A DNA stretch of 63,937 nucleotides, counting the filler, from Collodictyon triciliatum (Eukaryota), in NCBI GenBank assembly GCA_043381765.1. It is 12 parts of 12 records of this genome, joined end to end, with 100 filler letters (N's around TTAATTAATTAA, not from the genome) between each part and the next. Parts side by side here need not be neighbours in the genome. Positions count along the whole stretch, not along the records: positions 11,328 to 16,864 come from JBHJMP010005130.1; positions 16,965 to 22,499 come from JBHJMP010005131.1; positions 22,600 to 28,133 come from JBHJMP010005132.1; 9 more parts are not named here. One strand, 5' to 3'. Below are positions 11,855 through 25,590 of this stretch, piece by piece; the stretch's first letter is position 1, and every line of letters begins with the position of its first letter. The position numbers were made by a program, and so were the translations under genes. The notes under the pieces are model-generated. The model was given only the letters and a program-made list of their open reading frames with translations, did no database searches and was not told where the DNA came from.

Positions 11855-14800
11855 TCAGGCACTCTTGAACTCTGGACCAAGGAACTCTCTCAAGATAAAG
11901 AGAATAAGGTCATGGTTGGTCCAGTATGAGGAGTGGCTTGCGACGGCAGCGACATACTCTGCGTAATACTCGGAGGTGGATTCCTATAGGTATAAAAATA
12001 GTTACAAATGTAATTACAAACACTGGTGATATTACAAGTAATTAAATTAAATTAAAGAAAAGAAAAAGAAGGCTTTTTGAAAAAGTTGGCCAAAATAAGG
12101 ACGATGCGAATCACTGCAGAGTTCATACTCAATAAAATGATAGTGACCTGAAATTTGTAATCAACTCGCCTTCCGTTGTTAATCTTGAACTAGGCAAAGA
12201 TTCCCATTACTCGAAGAATGGAATTATGATATAACATATGAAAGCAATTAAATCCAAAATAACCCACCAAATGTCAAGCAATTAACTAAAAATAAAATTC
12301 GGCAAAAAGCAAAAAGCAAAAAGCAAAAAGCAAAAAGCAAAAAGCAAAAACGAAAAACGAAAAACGAAAAACGAAAAACAAAAAACGAAAAACAAAGAAC
12401 AAAAAACAACACAGAAGAGGAGAGAGAAACAATAATATCTCTGGTAAAAGAAAATATCCTACAGAGGTGGAATTTGGGAGACCGCCCGACCCAGGTATTT
12501 GGGCCATAGATGATTTGTTTCCTAGGGACTGAGAGTCCGTTGCAGATGATTTCCCCATACCAACAATACTGGAAACTGTGCCAAATATATTGCTGACCTT
12601 GGAAGTAACATTCTGGTATGAAATTGAATATTACAAGATTTCATTCTCCCATTAGTGAAAAAGAAAAAGAAAAAGAAAAAGAAAAAGAAAAAGAAAAAGA
12701 AAAAGAAAAAGAAAAAGAAAAAGAAAAAGAAAAAGAAAAAGAAAAAGAAAAAGAAAAAGAAAGAAGAGTGCACAAAATACTCAAGATGGATGTATTTGTG
12801 ACACGGCAATATTATAATTTAAAAATTACTTACAGGTGAGATGAAAAGCAAATCGGAGTATATAAAAGTAGCAAACATTAAAATAAATTTAAACAATTAT
12901 CATATAATTAGCATACGCTAGCAACTGCTGATACTTCTGCAATTTTATCCTTAACATACCTTTTATATATACAAGGATTAACTCGCAGTGCTTCAAATAA
13001 AAATGAATTATTTTTATATTCAAAGACGTTTTAATAATCGTTACTGGGTATTTTCATGAATGCGGCGGTGGATAGAAATATATCCCTACGTTTTAAATTT
13101 GTTTCAGATATACAAGCTACTTTCAGTTTGGTTTTCTAAACATAGAAGCCAGTTGTTATTTTTTTCCTTTATTCGATTCAAAGTAAGCCAGTTGTTATAA
13201 TAGGTTGACTCAATGAAACACACCTGATGGCTTGGTAAGTCTTCCGGATTCAAAGAAACTGCACGAGGATCAATAATTGGCTCGATACGGTAGGCGATAG
13301 GGTCATGTGGATGAAATATATTGAAAAAGGCCTTTGTAGTTGGCAATGGCGAGTTTAATTGCAATCCCATTCCCTAGAAGCATAAACATGAGCTTTCTGT
13401 ATGAAATAGATTCAAAATCACTTTTTTACATTAAAAATTCCAATAAAAGTAATCCAAAAACCTAACCAAAACTGACAAAAAAAGAGCGAGAAGGAAAGAA
13501 GAAAAAAATATTTTTTTAAGTTATTATTTAACAACCCCCTTGATGACGGCAAACAATCCAATCGGCGACCCAATTGCAAATAGGTTCTCAAATGAAGGTA
13601 CAAACACAGGAAATTCCGATTCCTATGTACACGATAGAAAATTCCAAATAAGAGCTGTTTGAGCTTATGAGTGTTAAATTCGGTAATCACTGTCTCACAA
13701 GAGCGAGCGAAGTCGTCAAAGCATCTCCTCCTGGTTGATGGGAAAGAACATCAAAAGATATAACAGAGCCCAAACTGTGGGAAAGCAACGAAACCTATAA
13801 TATTTACACGTTGTTCAGTAAAAGTGATTGTTCTGAATATGAGCTTTTTGATTGATCGGAGCAAAAATAAAGGAAAATATTCGACTTGATTTGATTTGAC
13901 TTAGAAACCATTAAATTAACCAACCTTCGAAGACGACGTAGGATACACCTCTTTAAAAGAAGAGTACAAAGAATTAACTTGGGAAACTACCTTCACGCAT
14001 TTTTTTTTTTGTTTGTTGAGAATTCCTTATTTTAGTTCATATCTCAAATATATAAAGAAAAAAAAAGCCAATTTAAGTTTACGATGTTATCACATAATAT
14101 GTAAATGGCATGGATGTAGTTTAGTTACTTGTTCCAAAATACGCTTTCGGTGTACTGGCGTGAGGTAAAATAAAACATCTGATATAATATCCTGAGCGAG
14201 GTCCCTAATCAGCTTTTGTGATTATTTCCATCAGATTAGAAAAAATATGTCTGAAAATTGATTTACTCTCCAAAAAATGCGGCACACATGTGTTTTTTGA
14301 CACTCAATAAAGCAGCTGATTTTTTTAAACTAGGTATCTAACATGTGATTTTAGGTACAAATATGCTGAAATAAAAAATTTATTTTAAAAGTTATCTCAC
14401 AGGCACTGTTGTTAATCTGACGTTTTGAAGCTGTTTTGTGATAATTTCATCATGAACAACCATATGCCATTCAACTGATTTTAGTAAAAAGAGTTAGTTT
14501 CATGGGCCAAAAGTAAAGGTATCACAAGATTATGGCAAAGAAGACACAGGAACTTGATTTTATAGCATACTTGGTATATATCTCACGATAGGGATAAGAT
14601 TTGGCTCGACTTTCTTATGGAAGTGCATTTTGAGCATCTAAGAATGAAGGAAATAAAGAGCATGCATTTTTTTTTTGTGATAGGTACTTATATATGAATG
14701 TTAAAAATCAAATTAATATTCCCGTGTTTTCAACAAGAGACCATCATTTAAATTCGAAGAAAAATACGTCATCGTTCAATTGTCGTAGAGACTTTGTTGC

Positions 14801-16396
14801 GTCAATTATAGTATATGCACTATCTCCATTGTGAAAAGCTTCTCCGATACCATGAACAACAAACACCTATGATAAAAATTTATGAAAAACATTTGACACT
14901 AATATCCATATTTTCTTTTAAAACTTTTTTTAGAGGGAAAAAATTAGAATATACTGATAAAATTTTAAAAAACTGTGGCGGTAGAAAAAATATACTTCCA
15001 ATCACTGTGTGGTTCACACGAAAAGTGATTACACTAAATGCTACATGTTAGTTTACGATACCGATTATTTGCAAACTTACGACATGCTCGGGTACCCGAT
15101 TCATAACCTCGTCAAATGCTTGTTCATCCGCAGTAAATTCATCCACACGCCGATAAACACTTTGTGGAGGGGCGATGCTGCCTTTCGTAAGAAGATACGG
15201 CCCATTCAGTGCGGGTATGAATGATAAAATCCCCTCTGTATTAATGAATGTACAAGCGTTTTAATAGAAGATAATACTTTTACTTTTTTTTTTTTTTTGT
15301 CAAACACCATGTGATATCAATAATGAGCATTTGGAAATTGTAATGCAATACTTCCTTTTCCGGGCTCTTCTACATAAAAAGCTACAGATAGATTTGGGTC
15401 GCTCAAAGGAATAGGTTCGTTCTTAATCTTCCTTTGATACGCATCTTCTACTATATCTGAATCAGCCTCCTAGAATGAGGGTGTATTCTTTCAACAAAGC
15501 GAAATGCTAAATGCAACTGATTCTTCTAATGAGGACACCAAATTCCAAAAGAGATTAATTTTTATAGAAACAGCTCACCGAAAAAGCAATCCTATCAGAT
15601 TCTTTACTCGTAAGAGACGGGGCATAAGTCCATGTAACACGCTGGACATTGCTTTTTCACCAAAATAGTTAAATAATGAAACACGTAAAGAGAATTTCTA
15701 TAACAAACATGATTTATACATAAAAGCGACATATCAGCAACCTAAGGGTCTCATTCCAGAAAACTGCTTTCATTTGACGAGAAAACATGTTAACTCGATA
15801 TGTTTTTTGGAGCACATAAAAGTTCGCCTCTTCTTCAGTTAATGTGCCCTGATTTTTCATAATGTGAATGAAAAGGATGTACGATTTCATACTGCAAAGG
15901 GGTGACTAAAGTCTTTTATAATTTCATATAAGGTAATGGCCTACTGGTAGTCCAAATTAATCGTAGAAAGAATGAAAGGAAAAAGACACACATAAATCAT
16001 TCTGGTGATAAAGATTAAAAAAAGTGGGAGCGCACGTTTTAAGTTACACACACAAATACACACATAAAAAGACAGCTTGATTAAAAAAAAAAAGAAGAGA
16101 ATAATATAGCGATGCAGTGATTTTTTTATATAAAAAATTCCCCCTCTCCATGTAAGCAAGATGAGAGTATTTGACCTTGCAATAGTAAAAATGAAAAAAT
16201 ATCGAAAGAAATATGAATACTTACAGCTTTCATCTTAATGCGAGCATCCTCCAAAGTGCGGCTATCAATCGGACCAAATGGACGAACAACTTTATTCTTA
16301 TCCTGGTATTGCCACAAAGGATAAGGTGGAATCCTGCCCCCAGCAACACCAGGGATATCCAGTGAAGTTGCCTTTGGCTGGGCAGCCTCCTTTTGC
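11855..16396 (-). CDS. DDHD-domain phospholipase A1 (PA-PLA1/DDHD1-2/SEC23IP family), multi-exon, 5' end probably beyond the scaffold end
   Basis: Motifs WQYQDKNKVVRPFGPIDSRTLEDA, lipase nucleophile VSLLSHSLGSVISFDVL (~13745-13795), FFNIFHPHDPIAYRIEP (~13280-13330), LNNGRRVDYKFQ (~12148-12183), and last exon EYVAAVASHSSYWTNHDLILFILREF...SA* with the stop at 11855-11857. Confidence 0.92.
12657..12762. repeat. (GAAAAA)n microsatellite in an intron
   Basis: Direct reading; it explains the spurious EKEKEK and poly-F ORFs. Confidence 0.95.
13160..13184 (-). mobile_element. Ultra-short poly(A) retroposed insert, family 1, in an intron of the DDHD gene
   Basis: Minus strand ACTTTGAATCGAATAAAGGAAAAAA with a perfect 14-bp TSD aagccagttgttat (13146-13159, 13185-13198). 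Confidence 0.85.
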
Positions 16397-16496
16397 TGTG
16401 AATTAACACAAACAATTACATGTGCTTTGACTGCATTTTGATGTGTGCATCAATATGTTGCTGCGATATTAAAGATGCAAAAAATCCTACGTTAAG

Positions 16497-16826
16497 GAAA
16501 ATGAAAATGAAAATGAAAAAGAGAAAAGAAAAAAGAGAAAAGAAAAAAGAGAAAAGAAAAAAGAGAAAAGAAAAAAAGAAAAAAGAGAAAAGAAAAAAGA
16601 GAAAAGAAAAAAGAGAAAAGAAAAAAGAGAAAGAACAGAAAGAATAGAAAGAATAGAAAGAACAGAAAGAATAGAAAGAATAGAAAGAACAGAAAAAGAA
16701 CAGAAAAAGAACAGAAAAAGAACAGAAAAAGAACAGAAAAAGAACAGAAAAAGAACAGAAAAAGAACAGAAAGAAGGGAAAAATGAGAAAAAATGAGAAA
16801 AAATGAGAAAAAATGAGAAAAAAAGA
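16497..16826. repeat. Compound A-rich simple repeats (GAAAA, GAACAGAAAAA, GAGAAAAAAT units)
   Basis: Direct reading. Confidence 0.9.
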
Positions 16827-16964
16827 GAGCAGAAAGGAGCGAGATGTCGGTGCTTTACTTGCTGNNNNNNNNNNNNNNNNNNNNNNNNNNNNNNNNNNNN
16901 NNNNNNNNTTAATTAATTAANNNNNNNNNNNNNNNNNNNNNNNNNNNNNNNNNNNNNNNNNNNN

Positions 16965-17033
<69 letters not shown>

Positions 17034-17039
17034 AAAAAG

Positions 17040-18994
17040 AGAGGAGAATTATTCATGGCTTCTCATAACAGATATTATTTCATTTGCAATTAATTTGTAT
17101 ATACAGGTATTTTTTTCTTTCGCACATAGGAAAAAAAAATTTTTTTAAAAAAAATAGTGAAATAATAATAAACAGAACGAGGAGTTTGAGAAGGCTTGTT
17201 ACTTCTATGATGTATTGTACAACTCATTAAGCGCCAAGCTCGGACCTGATAACCTTGCGGTGGCTCATCCCCTAGAATCACTTGCACTATGTCACTCTTC
17301 CACTGGAGATGTACCTTACTATTTCTTATAAAAACATTTACTGGTATTTTTTTTTTAATGTGGAACGCATACTCATTCTTGACATTCCGATGGGGAACGT
17401 AGCTCTCTGCTGCTCTTAAATATTTAGATAAGGCTCTTTCTGTCCGAAAAAACCCATTAAACATTCCTGATGTAGATTTGGTATGATATACTATACTGTA
17501 ATATAGTGTCTAGTACACATATTTTCTAATGAAAAATATCACAACAAAGTAAAAATACATATGTAGGTTAGTTCAATAATTTTTAGATCATATTTTATTT
17601 TTAGGCAAAGTTGCTTCAGCAAATAGGAGATATATACACATCACTCCAACAAGCCGATGAAGCTGATAGCTTTTTTCAAGAGGTGTATTATGTTTATTGA
17701 ATTATTTCTCTTAGTATTTTCGTCTAGGATTAGATATTTGTAGTTGTGATGAGTGAACCAAGTCTACATCTATCATACAATTATTCCAAAAGAAGAAAAA
17801 CTAGAATAATCTTTTACTTTCAATTAGGCCTACCGAGTTTACAAGGATGTATTGGGAGAGTATCAAGAAGAAGTTGCCACGTTGTGTGAGGATTGGGGAG
17901 GGATGCTAGAAGTTAATAATAGACTCGCGGACGCTTTGACAGCTTATGATGTAAATTTATGATGAATGCGTGTTTTTTTCTTTTGTTAAGAAGTATGTGA
18001 TTTAGCTATAAACTTTTCAAAATAATTTTTAGTATTACATCTCTATAATTTAAATAAAAATATCGTGCGATATACTCGCTTTTCTGTCGCCATAAAACGA
18101 ACCAGTGTTTACTACATTTAAAGTCGTTATAATAAATAAAAGAAATTCAACTGTAGAAAGCGCACAGGATTCGATCCATGGTACATGGAGCCAACCATCC
18201 AGACACGTTAAAATCTATGGAGAATTTATTTTCTATTCAACTGTACATCAATCTCAGCGACGCTCATGTGTAAACTTCATGGATGCACTTCATTTATACA
18301 TTCATGGGTGTTTTCTAATGATTCACATTAGACGATTTGGAAGAATTTAAGCATTCACATATCTATTATCTAAATATGTATATTAATAGTAACATTTCTT
18401 TTATTAGAATTGCTCGAGACATATTGAAGAAGGCATCCGAAGTAATTTTTTTTCTTGAGAATCTGATAATTGTTATTTTGTTTTGGTTATTTATTAGCTA
18501 CCCAAGATATGCTAAATATTTACTGTTTTCCCAGAATGTTGATGCACATGATAGAATGGATGTTTACTATGGGTTCATGGGAACAGTTTTATGTGAAAGA
18601 GGATTTATTGAAGAGTCCATCCAGTATTTCATCAAAGCACTCACACATATCCAAACACAAACAACTACAGTCCCTGCTCGTCTTGTAACAGGTTTGGTCT
18701 TTAGATTACTATCTTATTTAATTTTAGATTTTTCTTCGAAATTATTGTTTGGCATATATAAATACCTTTCCACACCACATATATATTTTCGTAAATAATA
18801 ATCTTTGAATTCAAAAAGCACTCTGCAATCTGGGAGTCGCCTACGACAGATTATGTGCGTACAAGGTTTCGTTGGGTTTTTATACCAAGGCAGAAGATGT
18901 CATGAATGAATATTACGAGAGTAACCATCCTGAAAAAGAGGATATTTCGAAACATATCGCCTATTTAAGGAAGAAGATAGGAAATGCCTCATAA
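17040..18994 (+). CDS. TPR-like helical repeat protein, multi-exon, 5' truncated
   Basis: Exons encode ACYFYDVLYNSLSAKLGPDNLAVAHPLESLALCHSSTGD, LSAALKYLDKALSVRK, AKLLQQIGDIYTSLQQADEADSFFQE, AYRVYKDVLGEYQEEVATLCEDWG and ALCNLGVAYDRLCAYKVSLGFYTKAEDV...GNAS*. GT-AG introns; stop at 18992-18994. Confidence 0.8.
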
Positions 18995-19474
18995 ATTGTT
19001 TTCTATCCAGATATTGTTGGGTTGGTCCCTCTGATATATGTATTTGTGTTCAAGTAATGACATCGTTTCCGTATTTCTTGAGATTGAAATTCCTTGTACA
19101 AAATATGTTCAAATATTTGCTCATGCTAACGTATCATTCTCTTCCCCCCCCCCCCCCCCCCCCCCCCTCGTCAATTAATTAATTAATTAATCATAAATTG
19201 GCGACGAGAAAAAAATTATTTCTTACAAACAAAATCCCAAACTGATTCGATACAATAAAATATGCTTATGACCTTCTCCGATGGGTCACTTTTTGTCTTT
19301 AAGAGACTATTTCGACTGTGATTCTTTATTTTATTTTTATTTTATTCATCGTTTCATGCTGTTGCTTGTTGTTGCTTGTTGTTGCTTGTTGTTGCTTATT
19401 GTTGCTTGGTGATGGTGATGGTGATGGCGATGGTGATGGTGATGGTGATGGTGATGGTGATGGTGATGATGTTG

Positions 19475-22213
19475 TTATCCCAAGAAAACTTTGCCGAAAC
19501 ACTGAATACGGTTGTTTCCTTGGTCGCATACATACATGCGACCATCCAGGCCGAAACATATACCCCGAGGATGAATGAAGTTGCCATCAGCAGAGTTCGC
19601 ACGAGTTCCAAACTTGAAGAGGATCTTACCAAAGCGCGAATAGACGTGTAACTTACTCGAAGAAAAATCAGAGATGAAAATGGTTTGGTTCGGACCCTCT
19701 CGGACTGTAGCGTAATCTGTCAATTGCTGAATGTTGACTGAGCGAATGAACGAACCGCAGGGACTGAAAAACTTGACCTTGCTTGCATCTTTCCCAATCA
19801 CACAAATCTCATTGACAGAGTTTACATGAATCCATTGCGCATTTGAAACCTCACCATCCCCACATCCCTTTTGCGCAAAGGAGCATTGGTAGGTGTAGGA
19901 AGAATCAAACTTGTCAACGCGGGACTTTAAGGAATTACAAACATACAGATTGCCATCTGCATCAAAATCCAACCCACAAGGAAGAGAGAAGCCATCGAAT
20001 ACTTTTCCTGGTTCGCTTTTCGTGTGTGAACTAGAAATTATTTGAAGTAGGCTGAACGAATCGTCTAGTACTTGAATACGATTGTTTTTGCTATCAGATA
20101 TGGCGATTCTTTTATCCTTTGATATGGAAATTCCATTTGGAGTATTGAACTCTACATCTCCTGTCCCTTTCACTCCAAAGCTGTGCAAGTACTCGAGATC
20201 TTTGGTCAAGACTTGAATCCTGTTATTTCCAGTATCCGTTACATACAAGTCACCTGTTTCAGGGTGGCATGCAATTCCCCACGGGTTAAGGAATTGCAGA
20301 TGGTCGGCTCCTCTGACTCCGACTTTTTGGCATAAGAGGCCGTAGTCTGCAATCTTTCTACCTCGGAACTGTTTTGAGAGGGTATAAATCCCAGTCTTTC
20401 GAACAATATATTTTGCTTCGTCGGCAACCTTCATATCAATATGAACTAATCCTGGTTGGATAAATTCTAAATGTCCCATCAGTCGAGTGTAGTCTATTTC
20501 TTCCTCTCCTTCAAGTGGAGAAATGTCAAGCTCGGTCCAGTCGTAGTCTTTCTGTATTTTTTTGAATCCATCCAAAGATTTCTGGCATATATGCCTCACT
20601 CGTTCCAAAATCTTTTCGTTTTGAGTCATGGTGTATTCTCCCAATGCCTCCTTGCAAACTTTTTCAGCGTGTCGGAGGACGCATTCTGAGACGTCTAAGT
20701 CATGTTCCTCTATGTTTGAGGCCCTCCAAATTTCATTATGCTGCTCATTGGCCTAAAATTGCAAGAATTTTAAAAACGTTTGGTTCAATTAGTGACAATT
20801 CAGATAAATGTTAGTTTCGCATAGGTTTCAGACATTTAGATAAGCAAAGCGGCAAACTTCACTAAATAAAGGTAAGCAGGGGAAAAAAAAACGCCTTACA
20901 ATGTCGAGTAGCCTTGCTTTTAGGAGGTCGAGGGAATCCAATATCTGCCTCACTTTTTCCTTCTCTGTTTCAATATAGTTCCTTATTTGGTAAGACGTAT
21001 CTTCTGCTTTCACCTTGCCCTTAAAGGTGGAAGAAACATTGGTTGAATATGGATAAAAAAAAATAATACACATCATCATTTTTGACTTACTATACAGATT
21101 AAAGATTGACTTGCTGATAAAAATTGAAATCAAGTTTTTAAAGAAAAGAAGAGAAAAAAGCTCACATGGTAAATCATTTCTTTTACAATAGAATGTTTTC
21201 TTTCGGTTAATGACAATGCATGTGAACATTGTTGTACAAGATCTTTTAGATTTGTTATGTTCATTTCAACAATATCTTTGACTTGAGTGTGTCGATGTGA
21301 ATTATGTGATCGCATGTCCATATGGGAGCACCGAATACACATGTATGTACCGCCATTGCAATCGACACAAAAAAATTCTGCAATAGAGTTAGGATGAGTG
21401 AGGCAAGTAGGCACCGAACCACATTTTTCTGCATCTTGAGCTTCACTGCAATTATTGTCAAAAAAAAATGTTTTCAGAGCTGTAGTCAAAAAGTGCATAG
21501 AAGCTACAAGCAAAATTCCTTAGCATACCCTCCCTGTATCATGTCAATATATCCAAAAAAATTAGTCGTAATAACCATAAAAAAAATATGTTACTTCGAT
21601 TCGAATAAAGGGGAGAGTGATAAGAACAAAAGTGATATAAAAATAAGTAAATATATAAATATACAAATAGCATCCAAAGTTCACAATTTGTATTCGCAAA
21701 GACACATTACATCAAAGGGTGCTCTCTCGTGGCCAAAAGACTTTTGTGGGCAGTCGAACAGCCTTGACACAAGAACCCGCAGCCAGCTCGGCAAAAGTGA
21801 ACCGAAGGCCATGTACAACTATGACTATTGCAATTTGGTGTTTCTTTCTTTGACTGCGGTGATGCAAAGAGGTTTTCATTGCTGTTGAACTTTGCTACAT
21901 GAGCCATAAGGTCTTTGTCCAACGCAAATATATCGTGTAGAATGGCCTCTGGATCGACACTGGGATGCGAGCTTGTCGGGCTACTCACAGACATCCCAGC
22001 ACCCGAAGAAAAAGCTGCGTTTGTACGACACACAGGACATGTGACAAAAGACTGTCTTTTCTGAATGGAGCTCGTAATCCGGCTTGACAAACATGATGAG
22101 CATAAATGATGTCCGCACGGGATTTTGTGCGGCTCTGTGAGTGCGCCTTCACATACCGGACAGCATAGGTGCACCGGAATCAAGGTGCCTTCGTCTGAGG
22201 TAAAGACGCTCAT
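19475..22213 (-). CDS. TRIM-NHL-like E3 ubiquitin ligase (RING, two B-boxes, coiled coil, NHL repeats)
   Basis: RING CPVC...PCGHHLCSSC...CPVCR, B-box1 CNSHSC...HFCRAGCGFLCQGCSTAH, B-box2 CLTHPNSIAEFFCVDC...MCIRC...H, and NHL repeats FLNPWGIA...LYVTDTGNNRIQV and FIHPRGIC...YVCDQGNNRIQCF. The last exon lies in ORF 19475-20644. Confidence 0.93.
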
Positions 22214-22386
22214 GGGATGGAGACCTGCTTCAAAGTGGAAAGGGTTGACAGGAGGGTGTGAGAGAGAATGAGAGAGACAGAGGACTCGAGACCAGGAGGT
22301 GTTCCAAGTCAGTTGTTTGCCGATTGAAAAAAAACTTGACATAAAAGAAAAGGAAATGAGAATAAATAGTTTGTTTTCATAGTTCG

Positions 22387-22599
22387 TTTGTTTGTTTGTT
22401 TGTTTGTTTGTTTGTTTGTTTGTTTGTTTGTTTGTTTGTTTGTTTGTTTGTTTGTTTGTTTGTTTGTTTGTTTGTTTGTTTGTTTGTTTGTTTGTTTGTN
22501 NNNNNNNNNNNNNNNNNNNNNNNNNNNNNNNNNNNNNNNNNNNTTAATTAATTAANNNNNNNNNNNNNNNNNNNNNNNNNNNNNNNNNNNNNNNNNNNN

Positions 22600-22672
<73 letters not shown>
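22387..22672. repeat. (TTTG)n and (GT)n microsatellites at scaffold ends, either side of a linker
   Basis: (TTTG)n at 22387-22499 and (GT)n at 22600-22672. Confidence 0.95.
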
Positions 22673-22673
<1 letters not shown>

Positions 22674-22679
22674 CTCATT

Positions 22680-24820
22680 CTCCCATTACTTACCGTGCCG
22701 AATCTGAACCCAGATGTTAAAGTGGGGGAGTGGCAAAGCGAACTTAACGGTGTTCTCAAGCGAGAGACACGATATCAGCAACAATCGAGTGCTCCAGAGA
22801 TTGCGAAGAAGATATTTGGCTCTAATCCTGTTGCCGTAGCAGAGAATCAACAGTACGAAAGGGTCATAAAGTAAGCTCCTTTTTTTTTTTTTTAGCCCCC
22901 ATTGTATACTTCAGTTATATCAGAAATCTAGTCATTTCATCGTAATTTTGATTGCTGAACGAGATTGGCTTGTTTATTATGCAGTATAGAATTGAAAGAA
23001 ATCATTATGTAACACGCCATTCTTTTCACAGCGGTCTGCGGGTACAATCACAACTTATCTTGGCTGGAATACCATACTGTGAGCACTTTCTCATCTCCAC
23101 AATCCAAAAGATTACCGGTAGAGGCGATTCGTGTGACATTGAAATATATGCAAGGGTATGTTTTGCTTTTTCTTAGTTTATTTGTATTTCTTTATTCAAA
23201 ACTTTTCAAATAGCCATTTGACTCCTTATTCTGTAGTCACTCTCCTCGTGTTCATCAAGTTGATTGTCTTGATAATTTTGTTCAAATGTTTTGTTTGTTA
23301 TGTTTGTTATGTTTGTTTTGTTTTGTTTTGTTTTGTTTTGTTTTGTTTTGTTTTGTTTTGTTTTGTTTTGTTTTGTTTATTTTTATTTTTTATTTTTTAT
23401 TTTTTATTTTTTATTTTTTATTTTTTATTTTTTATTTTTTATTTTTATTTTATTTTATTTTTGCTGAAAAAGATTTCTGGATTCCTAAACGCAGGTAGAG
23501 TTTACCAAGTACATATTTGGAGTTACAGGTTTTTCACTATTTATATCATAGCATTATTCATCCTATTGATAATGAACCACAATCACACCATTTTTTTCCA
23601 ACCACAATCACATCATATTTAAGAAGGAAAGTGAGAAGAGAAAGGAAGCAAACAGAGCATAAAATAAGAATGATATGAGAGTAGGACTCAAATAAAAAAA
23701 CTAGTGGACAAACACAAGAGTTCCAAAGTTCATGGCATCCATAAAGCATTCAAAAAAATCACAGGGATTGTTGAGGGTTCTTTACATCAGGAGGCCATAA
23801 CCACACAGGAAAAGTGGATCATCGCTGCAAATCAGTTTCTGGAGGCCAATCCCGAACAAGTCCCAAAACTTACATACATTACATACTGATATACACCCAT
23901 ACTGCTTTCGCACTCTAACCAGAACTCAATACACCGCACCCCAGAACGAAGAGGAAGAGGAGGAAGAAGAGGAGGAAGAAGAGGAGGCAAGGGAAGAAGA
24001 GGAAGTCGACCATGACAGAGTCGAAGAAGCAGGAGGGGTTCTTGCCGCCCTCCCTAAACCCGAGAGTGAAGGGCAGAACGCATCGCAGCACCAAGCAGAC
24101 GAAAAGACCGACGAACTGGCCCAAGCAGCCGAAACACCAGCCCCCGATCAAACAGATAGTCCTGCCCAGCCCGCTCTTACGGCCAAGAGCTCTTCCAACC
24201 TGCCCCAGATCGCAGAGTCAGGCAACACGCCGCAAAGCGCCCAGACTCCACAGCCTCAGAAGCCGGCCAAGCCACGCCCAAAGCCACCCAAGGCCTCTGC
24301 TGTGTCTCGCATTCCTGTGAATGCGGCACCGGAACCCAAGACCACAGAAGAGTTGCTTGGGCGTACGAAAGAGCCTGATGGGCATGCCAGGCAGGGAAAT
24401 GCCTTCTCAAGCCCAGCAAACGCAGCCTGCGCAGCTGCCGCAAGCTTCCTGCTTCACCGCCAGTGGATTCTCGTTGCATCCGGCACAACCCACGCAACCC
24501 TCTCGCGTCCGTCAAAGGGACTCGCCCTTGTGCTCATCGCCCTCCTTGTGGGCCGCAGTCTCCGCACAGGGACGTGCAGCGACTGTCCTGGCGATCTTGG
24601 CCGGGCTATGCCATGGTGCTGCCGGCGCATTGGCGCTGCTAACGCGCTGATTGTGTGGAGCACAACTCCAACAAAAACGCGGCATAAACCAGAGTCCCCG
24701 CTCGTAGTGTGGCAGGCAGCAAGAACCCAAGCTTGGAGAGCCTTTGATCCGCCCCAGTCTGCCGAAAGGGAGAGAGAGAGGAAAACACAGGATATGCAGT
24801 GGCTGCCCAGGTGCAATTAG
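22680..24820 (+). CDS. VASt (StART-like) domain protein with acidic/Pro-rich linker and a possible C-terminal membrane anchor; 5' truncated
   Basis: VKVGEWQSELNGVLKRETRY..., then LRVQSQLILAGIPYCEHFLISTIQKI (VASt-like xPYxxxF motif) and KITGIVEGSLHQEAITTQEKW, followed by a poly-E exon from ~23945 and a hydrophobic GLALVLIALLVG. 3' end uncertain. Confidence 0.6.
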
Positions 24821-24885
24821 GCGAGAGAGAGAATGGTGCAGCGGAAGTGAGTTTGGTAAATGCATGCGTTTATTTATGGTACCAT

Positions 24886-25590
24886 TTAGGCCTTGACGCG
24901 GATCTGGCTGGCGACAAGGTCGAGGTCGCGCTGGCCGGCAGAGGTGATGCGGCGGCCGCTGGGATCGGAAGAAGGTCGGGTTAGAGGAGGATGGCGATTA
25001 GTGGACTGGAGGCATAGCAGGGCGCTCACCCTTCGGGCAGCTTCTCGACCACACCGAGGCTCTCAAGACCCTGGAGGGCTTTGCGGATGACGCCACCGGA
25101 GGCGGGGCAGAAGTGGGAGGGGGCGGCGCCGTTGTTGCGGTTGCCTCCGAAGACCTTGCGGAAGGCTCCGACACCGGTGCCCTGGCGGAGGTAGACGCGG
25201 CGGGCAAGGGCGGCTGTGTGGGCGGCGGTTAGTGGGGCGGCGTTGCTGCTTCCCGCAGGGGAGGCACGATCGGGCGCGAAGGGTCTCAGCTCTTTGTCTC
25301 TGAGCAGGCACCCACGTGGGAGAAGAATCGGCAAGTATAGAGAAGAGAAAAAAAAAAAGAAAAGAAGAGAAAAGAAGAGAAAAAAAGAGAAAAGAAAAGA
25401 AAAGAAAAGGCAGACCGGCACGGACGTAGAACCAGTCGGCCTCATAGGGAGCAAGCTCCTTCATGCTGGAGGTCTTGACAAGGTCGACCCACTGGGGGAT
25501 GGGCAGCTTGCCCTCCTTCTTGAGGTGTGCGGCATAGGCCTTGATGAAGTCCTGGGCGGGGATGTCCTTTACGGTGCACGACTTGGGCAT
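24886..25590 (-). CDS. RPS19: 40S ribosomal protein S19 (eS19)
   Basis: Exons 25416-25590, 25030-25213 and 24886-24958 give [82 protein letters not shown]...[19 protein letters not shown]. Probable 5'-UTR intron at 25601-25837. Confidence 0.97.

Noticed and set aside
12522-12839. Low-complexity ORFs (poly-F, EKEK, poly-L/T, FCFVL, TIQYN, etc.) throughout the ORF track
   Set aside because: They are translations of microsatellites in introns or at scaffold ends.
19318-19651. Overlapping ORFs with GD/SP/VM dipeptide repeats
   Set aside because: They arise from a (GATGGT)n repeat in the TRIM-NHL 3' UTR plus antisense frames.
25214-25415. Intronic snoRNA in RPS19
   Set aside because: I could not identify a convincing box C/D pair with a terminal stem or an H/ACA layout by eye.
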